Origin: Bacteroidetes bacterium HGW-Bacteroidetes-6
GTDB lineage: Bacteria; Bacteroidota; Bacteroidia; Bacteroidales; DTU049
Length of the DNA stretch: 64,000 nt
NCBI GenBank assembly: GCA_002842495.1
Contig: PHDB01000014.1
Coordinates: forward strand, 636 to 64,635
Direction of reading: 5' to 3'
A model generated the notes under the pieces. The model was not told where the DNA came from. It saw only the letters and a program-made list of their open reading frames with translations, and ran no database searches. Position 1 is the stretch's first letter. Each line of letters begins with the position of its first letter. A program made the translations under genes and the position numbers. Below are positions 10,036 to 18,608 of this stretch, piece after piece.

Positions 10036-10734
10036 TCAAATCGTTAACGGGATAGTAATAAGTGGTTTATGAGCCCGAGTCATCTCACGCTTACCGGCAA
10101 ACCCGGGGAGCTTTTCTATTTCGAAACCACACGCTTTCATGGTTCGGCGCACTTCGCCCTTGGCAACATAAGTTACAAGAAAACCATTGGGCTGTATGGC
10201 ACTGAAAATTTTTCGAAAAACATCGATTGTCCACAATTCGGGCTGTGAAGTTGGCGAAAAAGCATCGAAAAACACCAAATCGAATGTTTCATTATCGAAA
10301 CGAATATCCTGAATGCGGGCTTCGAGATAATTCATTACGAAATGTTTTCCGATGGAAAAGGCATGAGAGCGTTCTCCATGGTGGATACTCATGATAGCTT
10401 CGCGCATTCGTTCACCCCCATCAATTGAAAAATAGTTGAGTTGGTTTACAACTTCTGTGTCAATGGGTTTGGGTTCGATCCCTGTGTAAATTAGCTGTAC
10501 ATTGTTGTTTTCGGCTTCAAGCAATGCAAGTGCTGCATTGAGTCCTGTTCCCAATCCGATTTCCAACACGCTGATTTGTTTTTTTTTCGAAAGCATAGGC
10601 TTTAAGCCAGCTTCAATGAACACATGCTTGCTTTCGGCAACAGCACCATGAACAGAATGGTAATGTTCATTCAAATCAGCAACAAACAAAGTGTGCGATC
10701 CATCTTCAGTTATAACAAGTCGATTTTTATTCAT
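10036..10734 (-). CDS. mnmD: Stand-alone MnmD-like tRNA (mnm5s2U34) methyltransferase
   Basis: TEDGSHTLF..HYHS N-terminus, SAM motif LEIGLGTGLN and DAFSPTSQPELWT motif, as in the MnmC methyltransferase domain. Confidence 0.75.
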   Translation of the reverse strand: MNKNRLVITEDGSHTLFVADLNEHYHSVHGAVAESKHVFIEAGLKPMLSKKKQISVLEIGLGTGLNAALALLEAENNNVQLIYTGIEPKPIDTEVVNQLNYFSIDGGERMREAIMSIHHGERSHAFSIGKHFVMNYLEARIQDIRFDNETFDLVFFDAFSPTSQPELWTIDVFRKIFSAIQPNGFLVTYVAKGEVRRTMKACGFEIEKLPGFAGKREMTRAHKPLITIPLTI

Positions 10735-12020
10735 CGGTTATACAGAATTTGTATATCACGGATTGAATCGGGCAGAACCAGCGTCCCAATCCAGTTCCCT
10801 GCCGGATAGGAATAAGCATTGATATCGCGACCCGAGGCCATATAAATGATATTATCGGTTTCGTCGTAAACCATTTTCCCAAACATGGTAGCATTGCCAA
10901 TTTCGTTTGAAGTATTGGAATTGTAATCGTAAACCAGAATACCATCGGAATGACTAATCAAATACCGGTCGCTGTTTACTTGTACCACACTGTAAATGAT
11001 TCCGGCAGGCAGTATTTTGCGTTGAGTAATGTTCATATAGTATGTATTCAATGTTTTCACTGTTGGCTGGTTGCTCTCGTTACAAAATACAGCGACATCG
11101 TTGCCTATAACCCGATACAGATCTTCAACGGAGTATGTAGTGTAGATCACATCCTTCAGAAATCCCGAATTTTCCCAAATAACTCCAACATTCATAGAGC
11201 CGCCAATATAGTATTCGAGCACAGCCAGCAAATATGTTCCATCGTATCGTACACGTTTAGCTCTGTAGTTTTCAACAGAATACGAAAACTTGTAGCTTCC
11301 ATTGCCCGAATATCCATCGATTCGACCATCGTAATAAGCAACAATAAGTCGCCCATTGCTGTAGGTCAGTGATTCGAAATATGGAAAAGGAGGATTGTTG
11401 ATAACATCGATTTGTTGAACAATAGAGCCATCGGAAGCATCGATAAATTCAAGATTTCCGTTATAGCGACCCATCGAAAAAATGAGCTGATCGGCACTGC
11501 TTATTGCCCCTTCGTGGAAGTCGCCGGGAATTTGCTTGAATAAGGAATACAGCAAAAGACTGTCAACCTTGTAAATATGGGTGTTTCCGTTCGATTTCTC
11601 GTAGCAAAAAGCCATCAGTGAACGACTTTCTTTCTGAATTCCGGAAACGGAAAGGTGAAGATATACTCTGTCGTAACCATATTGGTTTACAGCTTCAATC
11701 AGTAAAAAGTAATTTCCGGATTCAAGATTTTGATTGGAAAGGATGTATTCGGAATTGAATGTATAGTTCTCTGTTGTTGGATAGATGGTAATAGCCGGAC
11801 ACATGGTCACGTAATTGTAGTTGGTAAGAACAATTTTCACGTAATCGACAGAGGAAGCCGATTGAACATTACCACTCACCGACAATGTGTCGCCTACACC
11901 ACAAATAAGAAAGTCGGATGGAGAAAAAACCTGTAGAACAGGAGGCTCCCCTGTGTCTTTTTTGCACGAAAGCAACACAGGAACAAGAAACAACACAAGA
12001 AAGACTTTTCTTATTTTCAT
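10731..12020 (-). CDS. Hypothetical lipoprotein (Ig-like N-terminus plus beta-propeller-like body)
   Basis: Lipobox VLLSCKKD. Repeated Y/G/D-rich strands. The stop overlaps the mnmD start as ATGA. Confidence 0.5.
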   Translation of the reverse strand: MKIRKVFLVLFLVPVLLSCKKDTGEPPVLQVFSPSDFLICGVGDTLSVSGNVQSASSVDYVKIVLTNYNYVTMCPAITIYPTTENYTFNSEYILSNQNLESGNYFLLIEAVNQYGYDRVYLHLSVSGIQKESRSLMAFCYEKSNGNTHIYKVDSLLLYSLFKQIPGDFHEGAISSADQLIFSMGRYNGNLEFIDASDGSIVQQIDVINNPPFPYFESLTYSNGRLIVAYYDGRIDGYSGNGSYKFSYSVENYRAKRVRYDGTYLLAVLEYYIGGSMNVGVIWENSGFLKDVIYTTYSVEDLYRVIGNDVAVFCNESNQPTVKTLNTYYMNITQRKILPAGIIYSVVQVNSDRYLISHSDGILVYDYNSNTSNEIGNATMFGKMVYDETDNIIYMASGRDINAYSYPAGNWIGTLVLPDSIRDIQILYNR

Positions 12021-12073
12021 GTTCCGAATTTTGTTTATAAATTTAGCACGAATTTAATTAACCTCAACGATTT

Positions 12074-12775
12074 ATGGAAGATTATTTTTCGCACATTTTG
12101 TTTCTTGACATTGAAACAGTGCCAGCAGTGCCATGCTATGACGACTTGAGTGACCGGATGAAATATTTCTGGGACCGCAAGGCTGAAAATATGAAGAAAG
12201 CCGAAACTGATACTTCAACTAGCTTATACGAAAAGGCAGGGATTTTTGCCGAGTTTGGTCGGATAATCTGTGTTTCGGTTGGAACAATAAGTGATAACAA
12301 GGCAAAGATTCAGAGTTTTTTTGGGCACAATGAGAAGGAAATGCTGGAACAGTTTGCTTTGTTTTTGCAAGAAATGCCTTCGCGTGGTATTCGTTTGCTT
12401 TGTGCGCATAATGGCAAGGAATTCGATTTTCCTTATCTGTGTCGACGGATGATGATAAACGGGATTCGCATTCCAGAAATTCTTAATATTCAGGGGAAAA
12501 AACCGTGGGAAATTGCACATATCGATACCATGGAACTTTGGAAGTTTGGTGACTTTAAAAATTTCACTTCGCTCGATTTGCTTACCGAGCTTTTTGATAT
12601 TCCGTCGCCCAAAGGCGATATTAGTGGTGCTGATGTTGCTCGTGTTTATTACGAGGAAGAGAATCTTACACGCATTGTTCAGTATTGCCAAAAAGATGTT
12701 GTTTCGCTCATTCAGTTGTTACGACGTTTGCAATATCAACCACTGATTGCCGATATCAATATCAATTATCAATAA
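12074..12775 (+). CDS. RNase H-fold 3'-5' exonuclease (PolB-exonuclease-like)
   Basis: ILFLDIETVP (ExoI-like DxE), HNGKEFDFPYL and YCQKDV motifs. Confidence 0.7.
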   Translation: MEDYFSHILFLDIETVPAVPCYDDLSDRMKYFWDRKAENMKKAETDTSTSLYEKAGIFAEFGRIICVSVGTISDNKAKIQSFFGHNEKEMLEQFALFLQEMPSRGIRLLCAHNGKEFDFPYLCRRMMINGIRIPEILNIQGKKPWEIAHIDTMELWKFGDFKNFTSLDLLTELFDIPSPKGDISGADVARVYYEEENLTRIVQYCQKDVVSLIQLLRRLQYQPLIADININYQ

Positions 12776-12894
12776 ATTCAGTAGCTTTTATATATTTCAA
12801 CGAGCAACAGGGGTAGGCTCAGGTTGATTTCGATAGCATTTCGAAAGAAAAATTTTCGATGCAGGTGTTCAGATATTAGCGATAATTGTATTGG

Positions 12895-13971
12895 TTAGAA
12901 TCGGATTTCGAGAACCAATTCAATCATTCTGCGGATTACTTTGTTTTTGTCGCAATACTCATAATTCAGCATTAGTTTGTTTTTGCTGAATTTATATGCT
13001 AAACCGGTACCAATTCTATTGATGTAGAAGTCGGGGTTTTGTTTTGATGTGAAATACTCGTATCGGCCAACCAAAGAAAAAGGATGTTTTGGAAGTTTGA
13101 ATTCTCCGAAAAGTGCATATCCTGAATTTTTGTAAGAAACAAAGGCCGTGTCGAGATATCGACCGCCATAGTCGCCTGTTCCGGTATAGTATTGTCCCAT
13201 TAAAACGTGATGCTTGCTTTCAGAAGATAGATAAAATACATTCATATTGAAATCAGCAACATTATTGGGGATATTTGCTTTGCCAATTGCGAAAGCATAA
13301 CCGGTTTGCAAACCAGGCATAATTGAAGGCAACGGACGAAGAGTTAATCGTGCTTCAAAAGTTTTATTATTATTGAGCTCAACATTGTGATATCCACCAC
13401 CATTATACATGCCAAAAGAAAAACTTCCATATTTTCCAGGGTATCCGGAATTGACTTCTTTTTGATATTTTTCGTCAATTTCGCCGCCAATAAGACCTTC
13501 ATAAATAAATCCAAAGTCAGCAGAGCTGAGTATTTCTGTTTTTTCCAGAAACATTGGGCCCATCACCCGATAATGATTGATTTTTTGTTCAAATTCAATC
13601 CATGTACGAGGCACCATCCCAAAAGAAAGGGTCCCTTGAAACTTCTGAAAAAAATTGACTTTTGTTTGGAGATAAAGGTATTTTAGTCGCATTTCGACAT
13701 TCCCGGCGTCGCCACCTTCGGTATCGAGTGTAATATCTTGCGTATACCGGGCTCTAAGGTTTTCGTTAATGTGGCTTTCGATGGTAAAATACCCTCTTTT
13801 CAGTTCTATTTGACAAAGTGAATCCTGATCGTCAACATTTCCAGAGATGAACCATTGTCCGGAGATCTCGGTTCGTTTCAGAAATGTATTTGTTTTTGTT
13901 GAATCTTGTGCTGTTGCGGGGATCATCGCAATCATGGTGGAAATCAGTAGAATAGTTGTTGCTTTTTTCAT
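12895..13971 (-). CDS. Putative outer-membrane porin
   Basis: Signal peptide MKKATTILLISTMIAMIPATAQ, beta-strand-rich sequence and C-terminal Phe (..LEIRF). Start moved to the ATG at 13971. Confidence 0.6.
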   Translation of the reverse strand: MKKATTILLISTMIAMIPATAQDSTKTNTFLKRTEISGQWFISGNVDDQDSLCQIELKRGYFTIESHINENLRARYTQDITLDTEGGDAGNVEMRLKYLYLQTKVNFFQKFQGTLSFGMVPRTWIEFEQKINHYRVMGPMFLEKTEILSSADFGFIYEGLIGGEIDEKYQKEVNSGYPGKYGSFSFGMYNGGGYHNVELNNNKTFEARLTLRPLPSIMPGLQTGYAFAIGKANIPNNVADFNMNVFYLSSESKHHVLMGQYYTGTGDYGGRYLDTAFVSYKNSGYALFGEFKLPKHPFSLVGRYEYFTSKQNPDFYINRIGTGLAYKFSKNKLMLNYEYCDKNKVIRRMIELVLEIRF

Positions 13972-13989
13972 GGAGTTAAGGAATTGCTG

Positions 13990-13997
13990 CAAAATTA
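13990..13997 (-). promoter_or_regulatory. -7 box (TAatTTTG on the minus strand)
   Basis: TAnnTTTG match 19 nt upstream of the porin ATG. Confidence 0.5.
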
Positions 13998-14117
13998 TTA
14001 ATCGTATATTAAGAGAAGGTTAAGTTTGTAATTTCGATATTCGTATGCATAAAGAATTAGAAAACATCAGAAAAATCAGATGTCTGGGCAAATAATTACT
14101 TGAAATATTTACAATAA

Positions 14118-14807
14118 TCAGGAAGTCTCAGCCGTCTTATTGGTCTTCACAATATATTGACCTGCCGCAATAGCTCCAACTGCTGAAAATACATGCCAAA
14201 GCCAGTGTACTCCCTGAGCCATGAATTGTTTTGGATTATCGTCATAAAATCGGAAAAAGAGGGAAATAGAAAGAAAAAATGCAGCGAAAAGAAGTGTTTT
14301 TGAATATTTCCATTTGGTGATTCTGGCATAAAGCAACGCTGGAACAAAAATAATGAGTCCTGCAATAAAATACCCTGCATTAATAGCTTGTTGTATTGGA
14401 ATGGAGTCGAAAATCAACCACCGGCCAAATGCTGCTATTGCCAGTATGAGAATTGGGAAATACCAGTTGCCAAACAATTTTTGCATAAAATACCATGAAA
14501 CACCCAGTGTCATTACAAACATTGGAAATACGTCGAGTGCCATCAACCAGGGGGTGCTTCTGAATGCATGATAAAGAGCACTTCCAATTCCTCCGGTGAA
14601 TAAAAGAGGCAATGCAAAATATACAAGAAATCGGTATTCCTTGTATTTTCCACGAAGTGTAATCAGGAAGAATATGACCGGTATCAAAAAAACAAGCGAT
14701 GAAAACGCGTTCCATGGTTCAACGATGAAGCGTTCTGGCATAGTTTCGTGATAGATGGGTCCACCGTCGGTCACAAAAGAATAGTCTGTGTTCGATGAGA
14801 TAATCAT
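14118..14807 (-). CDS. 7-TM CREST-superfamily (alkaline-ceramidase / hemolysin-III-like) putative membrane hydrolase
   Basis: Polytopic protein. It carries the motifs EPWNAFSS, SALYHA, LDVFP and HWLWH in the order expected for this superfamily. Confidence 0.5.
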   Translation of the reverse strand: MIISSNTDYSFVTDGGPIYHETMPERFIVEPWNAFSSLVFLIPVIFFLITLRGKYKEYRFLVYFALPLLFTGGIGSALYHAFRSTPWLMALDVFPMFVMTLGVSWYFMQKLFGNWYFPILILAIAAFGRWLIFDSIPIQQAINAGYFIAGLIIFVPALLYARITKWKYSKTLLFAAFFLSISLFFRFYDDNPKQFMAQGVHWLWHVFSAVGAIAAGQYIVKTNKTAETS

Positions 14808-16153
14808 TTTTTATGAATTCCGATATAATTTTCGGGTGTTAATAAACGAAGTTCATTTTTTACATCTTCGTTTACCGCCAATGAATCAATAAAAGAAATG
14901 AGGCTTTTCCTGTCAATACGATTGTTTCCCCGGGTCAATTGCTTTAAAGCGTTGTAAGGGTCTGGATACTTTTCGCGACGCAATATAGTTTGAATAGCTT
15001 CGGCCAGTACAGCCCAATTGACATTGAGATCGGCACTTATTTTTTCGGAATTGACAAGCAGTTTTCCCATTCCTTTTTGCAACGATTTTAAGGCAATCAT
15101 CATGTGTGCCAGAGGAACACCGATGTTGCGAATAACAGTACTGTCTGTTAAATCGCGCTGCAAACGCGAGATCGGAAGTTTTTCGATCAGATGTCGTAAA
15201 ACAGCATTGGCCATTCCGAAATTTCCCTCAGCATTTTCGAAGTCGATCGGATTCACTTTGTGGGGCATAGCTGAGGAGCCTACTTCGTCTTTTTTCACCT
15301 GTTGCTTGAAGTACTCAAGCATAACATACATCCAAATGTCGCGCGAAAAATCAATGAGAATAGTATTGACAGAAGCTAAGACACTAAAAGTATTTGCCAT
15401 TCCGTCGTAATGCTCAATTTGTGTTGTGGTTTGTTGTCTGTTCAGACCAAGCTCTTCTTTCATGAAGCGATTGGCAAAATCGATCCAATTTATTTGAGGA
15501 TAAGCAGCATGATGAGCGTTGAAATTGCCGGTTGCCCCACCAAATTTACCTGTAGCAGGAATTTGCTTCAGTAAAGCCAGTTGAATTTCAATTCGCTCAC
15601 TAAACACAGCCAATTCTTTTCCCAACGTTGTGGGTGATGCGGGTTGACCATGTGTGCGGGCTAGCATGGAAATGTTATTCCATTCCGAAGTTTTTTGCGA
15701 AAACACGCTTAACAATAACTCCAACTCAGGCAAAACAATGTTTCTTAAAGCATCGCGAAGCATCATTGGAAAAGCAGTATTGTTGACATCCTGTGAAGTA
15801 AGACCGAAATGAATAAATTCCTGATAATCTTGTAAACCTAAATCGGTAAATTTTTTACGCAAAAAATATTCAACCGCCTTCACATCATGATTGGTAGTTT
15901 TTTCAATTTCTTTAATTTTTTGAGCATCGGCTTCGGAAAAGTGTGCTGCAATTTTTTCGATTTCTGCTAATTTCTCTATCGGAAATCTATCAAAAAAGGA
16001 AAGTTTTAGTTGACTCAGAGCAATAAAATATTGTACCTCCACCAGCACTCTGTAGCGAATGAGTGCAAATTCGGAAAAGTATTGTTGCAGAGGTTGGGTT
16101 GTTTTATTGTAGCGACCATCAACCGGCGAAACCGAAAACAGGCTTGCATCCAT
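14804..16153 (-). CDS. purB: Adenylosuccinate lyase
   Basis: SPVDGRY N-terminus and signature SSAMPHKVNP; 449 aa. Confidence 0.95.
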   Translation of the reverse strand: MDASLFSVSPVDGRYNKTTQPLQQYFSEFALIRYRVLVEVQYFIALSQLKLSFFDRFPIEKLAEIEKIAAHFSEADAQKIKEIEKTTNHDVKAVEYFLRKKFTDLGLQDYQEFIHFGLTSQDVNNTAFPMMLRDALRNIVLPELELLLSVFSQKTSEWNNISMLARTHGQPASPTTLGKELAVFSERIEIQLALLKQIPATGKFGGATGNFNAHHAAYPQINWIDFANRFMKEELGLNRQQTTTQIEHYDGMANTFSVLASVNTILIDFSRDIWMYVMLEYFKQQVKKDEVGSSAMPHKVNPIDFENAEGNFGMANAVLRHLIEKLPISRLQRDLTDSTVIRNIGVPLAHMMIALKSLQKGMGKLLVNSEKISADLNVNWAVLAEAIQTILRREKYPDPYNALKQLTRGNNRIDRKSLISFIDSLAVNEDVKNELRLLTPENYIGIHKK

Positions 16154-16168
16154 AAACGTTTATTTTTG

Positions 16169-16176
16169 CAAAAATA
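16169..16176 (-). promoter_or_regulatory. -7 box for purB, forming half of a 16-nt perfect palindrome (16161-16176)
   Basis: tatttttgcaaaaata reads TAttTTTG on both strands. The minus-strand copy ends 15 nt from the purB ATG. Confidence 0.45.
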
Positions 16177-16312
16177 GTGATTTCGTGGAATGAGGAAAGG
16201 TGTTGTATTAATCCCTTATAAAAGTGTCCACCGTTCACTCATTCATGCCGGACTTTACTCACTCATTTCTGCCGGTTACTCATTTTACCTTTATCAAAAG
16301 TACATGCAACCA

Positions 16313-16320
16313 TAGCTTTG
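16313..16320 (+). promoter_or_regulatory. -7 box (TAgcTTTG) of the fibre locus
   Basis: TAnnTTTG match 21 nt upstream of the ATG at 16341. Confidence 0.5.
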
Positions 16321-16340
16321 TTGCATAAAATCGCAAAACC

Positions 16341-18134
16341 ATGAAAACGCTATTTGTTATCGTTGCAACTCTGATGAGCATAATGCTCGTTGCACAAACA
16401 CCGCAAGCCATACGCTATCAGGCAGTGGTTCGCAACAGCACGGGCAATATTGTACCCGGCCAAAATGTAGTTTTACAAATCACTATTCTCCAGGGAAGTC
16501 CGGCTGGAACGTCTGTTTATTCAGAACAACATCTTCTTACTACCGATAATTTCGGACTTATTGCTTTATCCATTGGTGAAGGCTCGCCGGTTTCGGGAAC
16601 ATTTGCTCTAATTGACTGGAGTAATGGTGACTATTTTTTGAAAACAGAATTTAGTGATAATGGAGGAAGCACTTTTGTATTTTTAGGCACTAGTCAGCTT
16701 TTGAGTGTTCCATTTGCTTTGTACGCAAACAAAACGGAATATTATGACGAAACTGATCCAGCCTTTACTATTTCGCCTGCATCGGGCATTGTCCTTTCCG
16801 ATATAAATAATTGGGACGAAGCTTATGGTTGGGGCAATCACAATACAGCGGGTTATCTTACTTCATTTTCTGAAACCGATCCATCATGGTCCGGATCCAA
16901 TACCGAAAATGGTTCCATATTTCGTTCCGGACCGGTGGGAATTGGAACTTCGTCACCACTTGCATTGTTTCATGCAAAAGGATTGGGAACCGGTGACGGA
17001 AATCTGCTTTTCGAAGGAGCATATAAATCGTCGAATCCGGGAGCAGCACCGGTCTCGGGAGCAGGAACCCGAATGATGTGGTATCCCGACAAGGCCGCTT
17101 TCAGGGCGGGAGGAATCAACGGCAGCCAATGGGATACGGACAGTGTGGGTATTTATTCTGCAGCTTTTGGGTACAACACTACATCAAAAGGAAGCTATAG
17201 CTTTTCGATGGGATTCGGGTCAAAAGCCGGTGGAATAACGTCTATGGCTTCAGGAATATTCTGTTTTGCCACAGGCGATTATTCCATGGCAGCTGGGTAT
17301 TATACGACGGCATCGCATACAGCATCGGTTGCACTGGGATACGAAAACACCTCTTCAGGAAATTACGCATTCAGCATGGGATACATGAATACGGCATCGG
17401 GCGAGAATTCGGTAGCCATCGGAAGGGACAACAATGCTACAGGAAATAACTCCGTTGCGCTCGGATACTCAAACGATGCTGTTGGAAATTATTCAGCATC
17501 GTTTGGCTACGGTAATAATTCTTCGGCGCTTTTGTCGATGACCTGGGGAAGCAATTGTTTTGGAACCGGAGTGAGTTCCACCGCATGGGGAAGCCTCGCT
17601 ACTGCGTCGGGTAGTTTCAGCACCGCCTGTGGTATTAGTGTCAACGCTTATTCCTACAACGAAACGGTGTTTGGAAGCTACAATACCTTCTATACTCCAT
17701 CGTCGGCCACAGCGTGGGTGGCAAGCGATAGGCTTTTTGTAGTGGGTAACGGGACCGCCTACAACTCAACCGGAAATGCACTTACGCTCTATAAAAATGG
17801 CAACATGACCATTTCGGGCACATTGACACAAAGCAGCGATATCAGGTTGAAAACAAATATTCGACCTTTTACGGACGTGCTTAGCCAAATACAACTGGTG
17901 CAGCCCATTTATTATGAATTTAAAGACAAAAAATTGCACCCCGAAGGCACTCAGATTGGTTTTTCAGCTCAGGAAATTCAGCAGTATTGGCCCGAATTGG
18001 TACGAAAAGACGAAAACGGATATCTCAGTGTTGACTATGCCGGAATGACTGTGGTCTTGCTGCAAGCGGTAAAAGAACAGCAGCAAACGATTCAGTTGTT
18101 GCAAAAAGAAGTTGAACAACTTAAAAACAAATAA
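16341..18134 (+). CDS. Secreted tail-fibre-like protein: shared N-terminal module, YadA-head-like repeats and C-terminal S74-type intramolecular chaperone domain
   Basis: Signal peptide. G/S/N-rich repeats of about 14 residues (NSVALGYSNDAVGNYSASFGYGNN). The C-terminus SSDIRLKTNI..GFSAQEIQQYWPELV..YLSVDY plus a coiled-coil tail is typical of the endosialidase-chaperone domain. Confidence 0.8.
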   Translation: MKTLFVIVATLMSIMLVAQTPQAIRYQAVVRNSTGNIVPGQNVVLQITILQGSPAGTSVYSEQHLLTTDNFGLIALSIGEGSPVSGTFALIDWSNGDYFLKTEFSDNGGSTFVFLGTSQLLSVPFALYANKTEYYDETDPAFTISPASGIVLSDINNWDEAYGWGNHNTAGYLTSFSETDPSWSGSNTENGSIFRSGPVGIGTSSPLALFHAKGLGTGDGNLLFEGAYKSSNPGAAPVSGAGTRMMWYPDKAAFRAGGINGSQWDTDSVGIYSAAFGYNTTSKGSYSFSMGFGSKAGGITSMASGIFCFATGDYSMAAGYYTTASHTASVALGYENTSSGNYAFSMGYMNTASGENSVAIGRDNNATGNNSVALGYSNDAVGNYSASFGYGNNSSALLSMTWGSNCFGTGVSSTAWGSLATASGSFSTACGISVNAYSYNETVFGSYNTFYTPSSATAWVASDRLFVVGNGTAYNSTGNALTLYKNGNMTISGTLTQSSDIRLKTNIRPFTDVLSQIQLVQPIYYEFKDKKLHPEGTQIGFSAQEIQQYWPELVRKDENGYLSVDYAGMTVVLLQAVKEQQQTIQLLQKEVEQLKNK

Positions 18135-18136
18135 TC

Positions 18137-18595
18137 ATGAAATCAATTATCGTTTTTTTGGCACTATTGCTATCGATATATATAGCCAGTGCACAAGAAG
18201 TAATAGCTACAGCCGGCGATTTTCAACAAGCCGGAGGCTATTCATTAAGCTGGACACTAGGCGAATGTGTCACCGAAACCGTTTCGGGTTCAGCAAACAC
18301 ACTAACTCAGGGATTTCAGCAACCTTGGGTCATTGTCACTCAAATTACCGAAAACAATGTGGAATCCGAAATCCGGGTTTTCCCGAATCCGGTTGACGAA
18401 ATCCTGCACATCAGTTCAAACTGTAGCAATATGAAATTGATGCTTTTCGATGCTACAGGAAAACTCATTCTCGAAGAAACAACAGCCGAAAACACATTTG
18501 TTTCAATGGCCGAATTAAACGCCGGAGTTTATATTTTGTTCGTTGAAACCAACGGTTACAACTCGCAAAGTTTCAGAATCATTAAAAACGACTAA
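18137..18595 (+). CDS. Small secreted protein with a T9SS type A C-terminal sorting domain
   Basis: Signal peptide, then about 70 aa (..SWTLGECV..LTQGFQQP), then a CTD (RVFPNPVDEILHI..LFDATGKLI..GVYILFVETNG..FRIIK). Confidence 0.8.
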   Translation: MKSIIVFLALLLSIYIASAQEVIATAGDFQQAGGYSLSWTLGECVTETVSGSANTLTQGFQQPWVIVTQITENNVESEIRVFPNPVDEILHISSNCSNMKLMLFDATGKLILEETTAENTFVSMAELNAGVYILFVETNGYNSQSFRIIKND

Positions 18596-18608
18596 AAACC
18601 CTACAACC

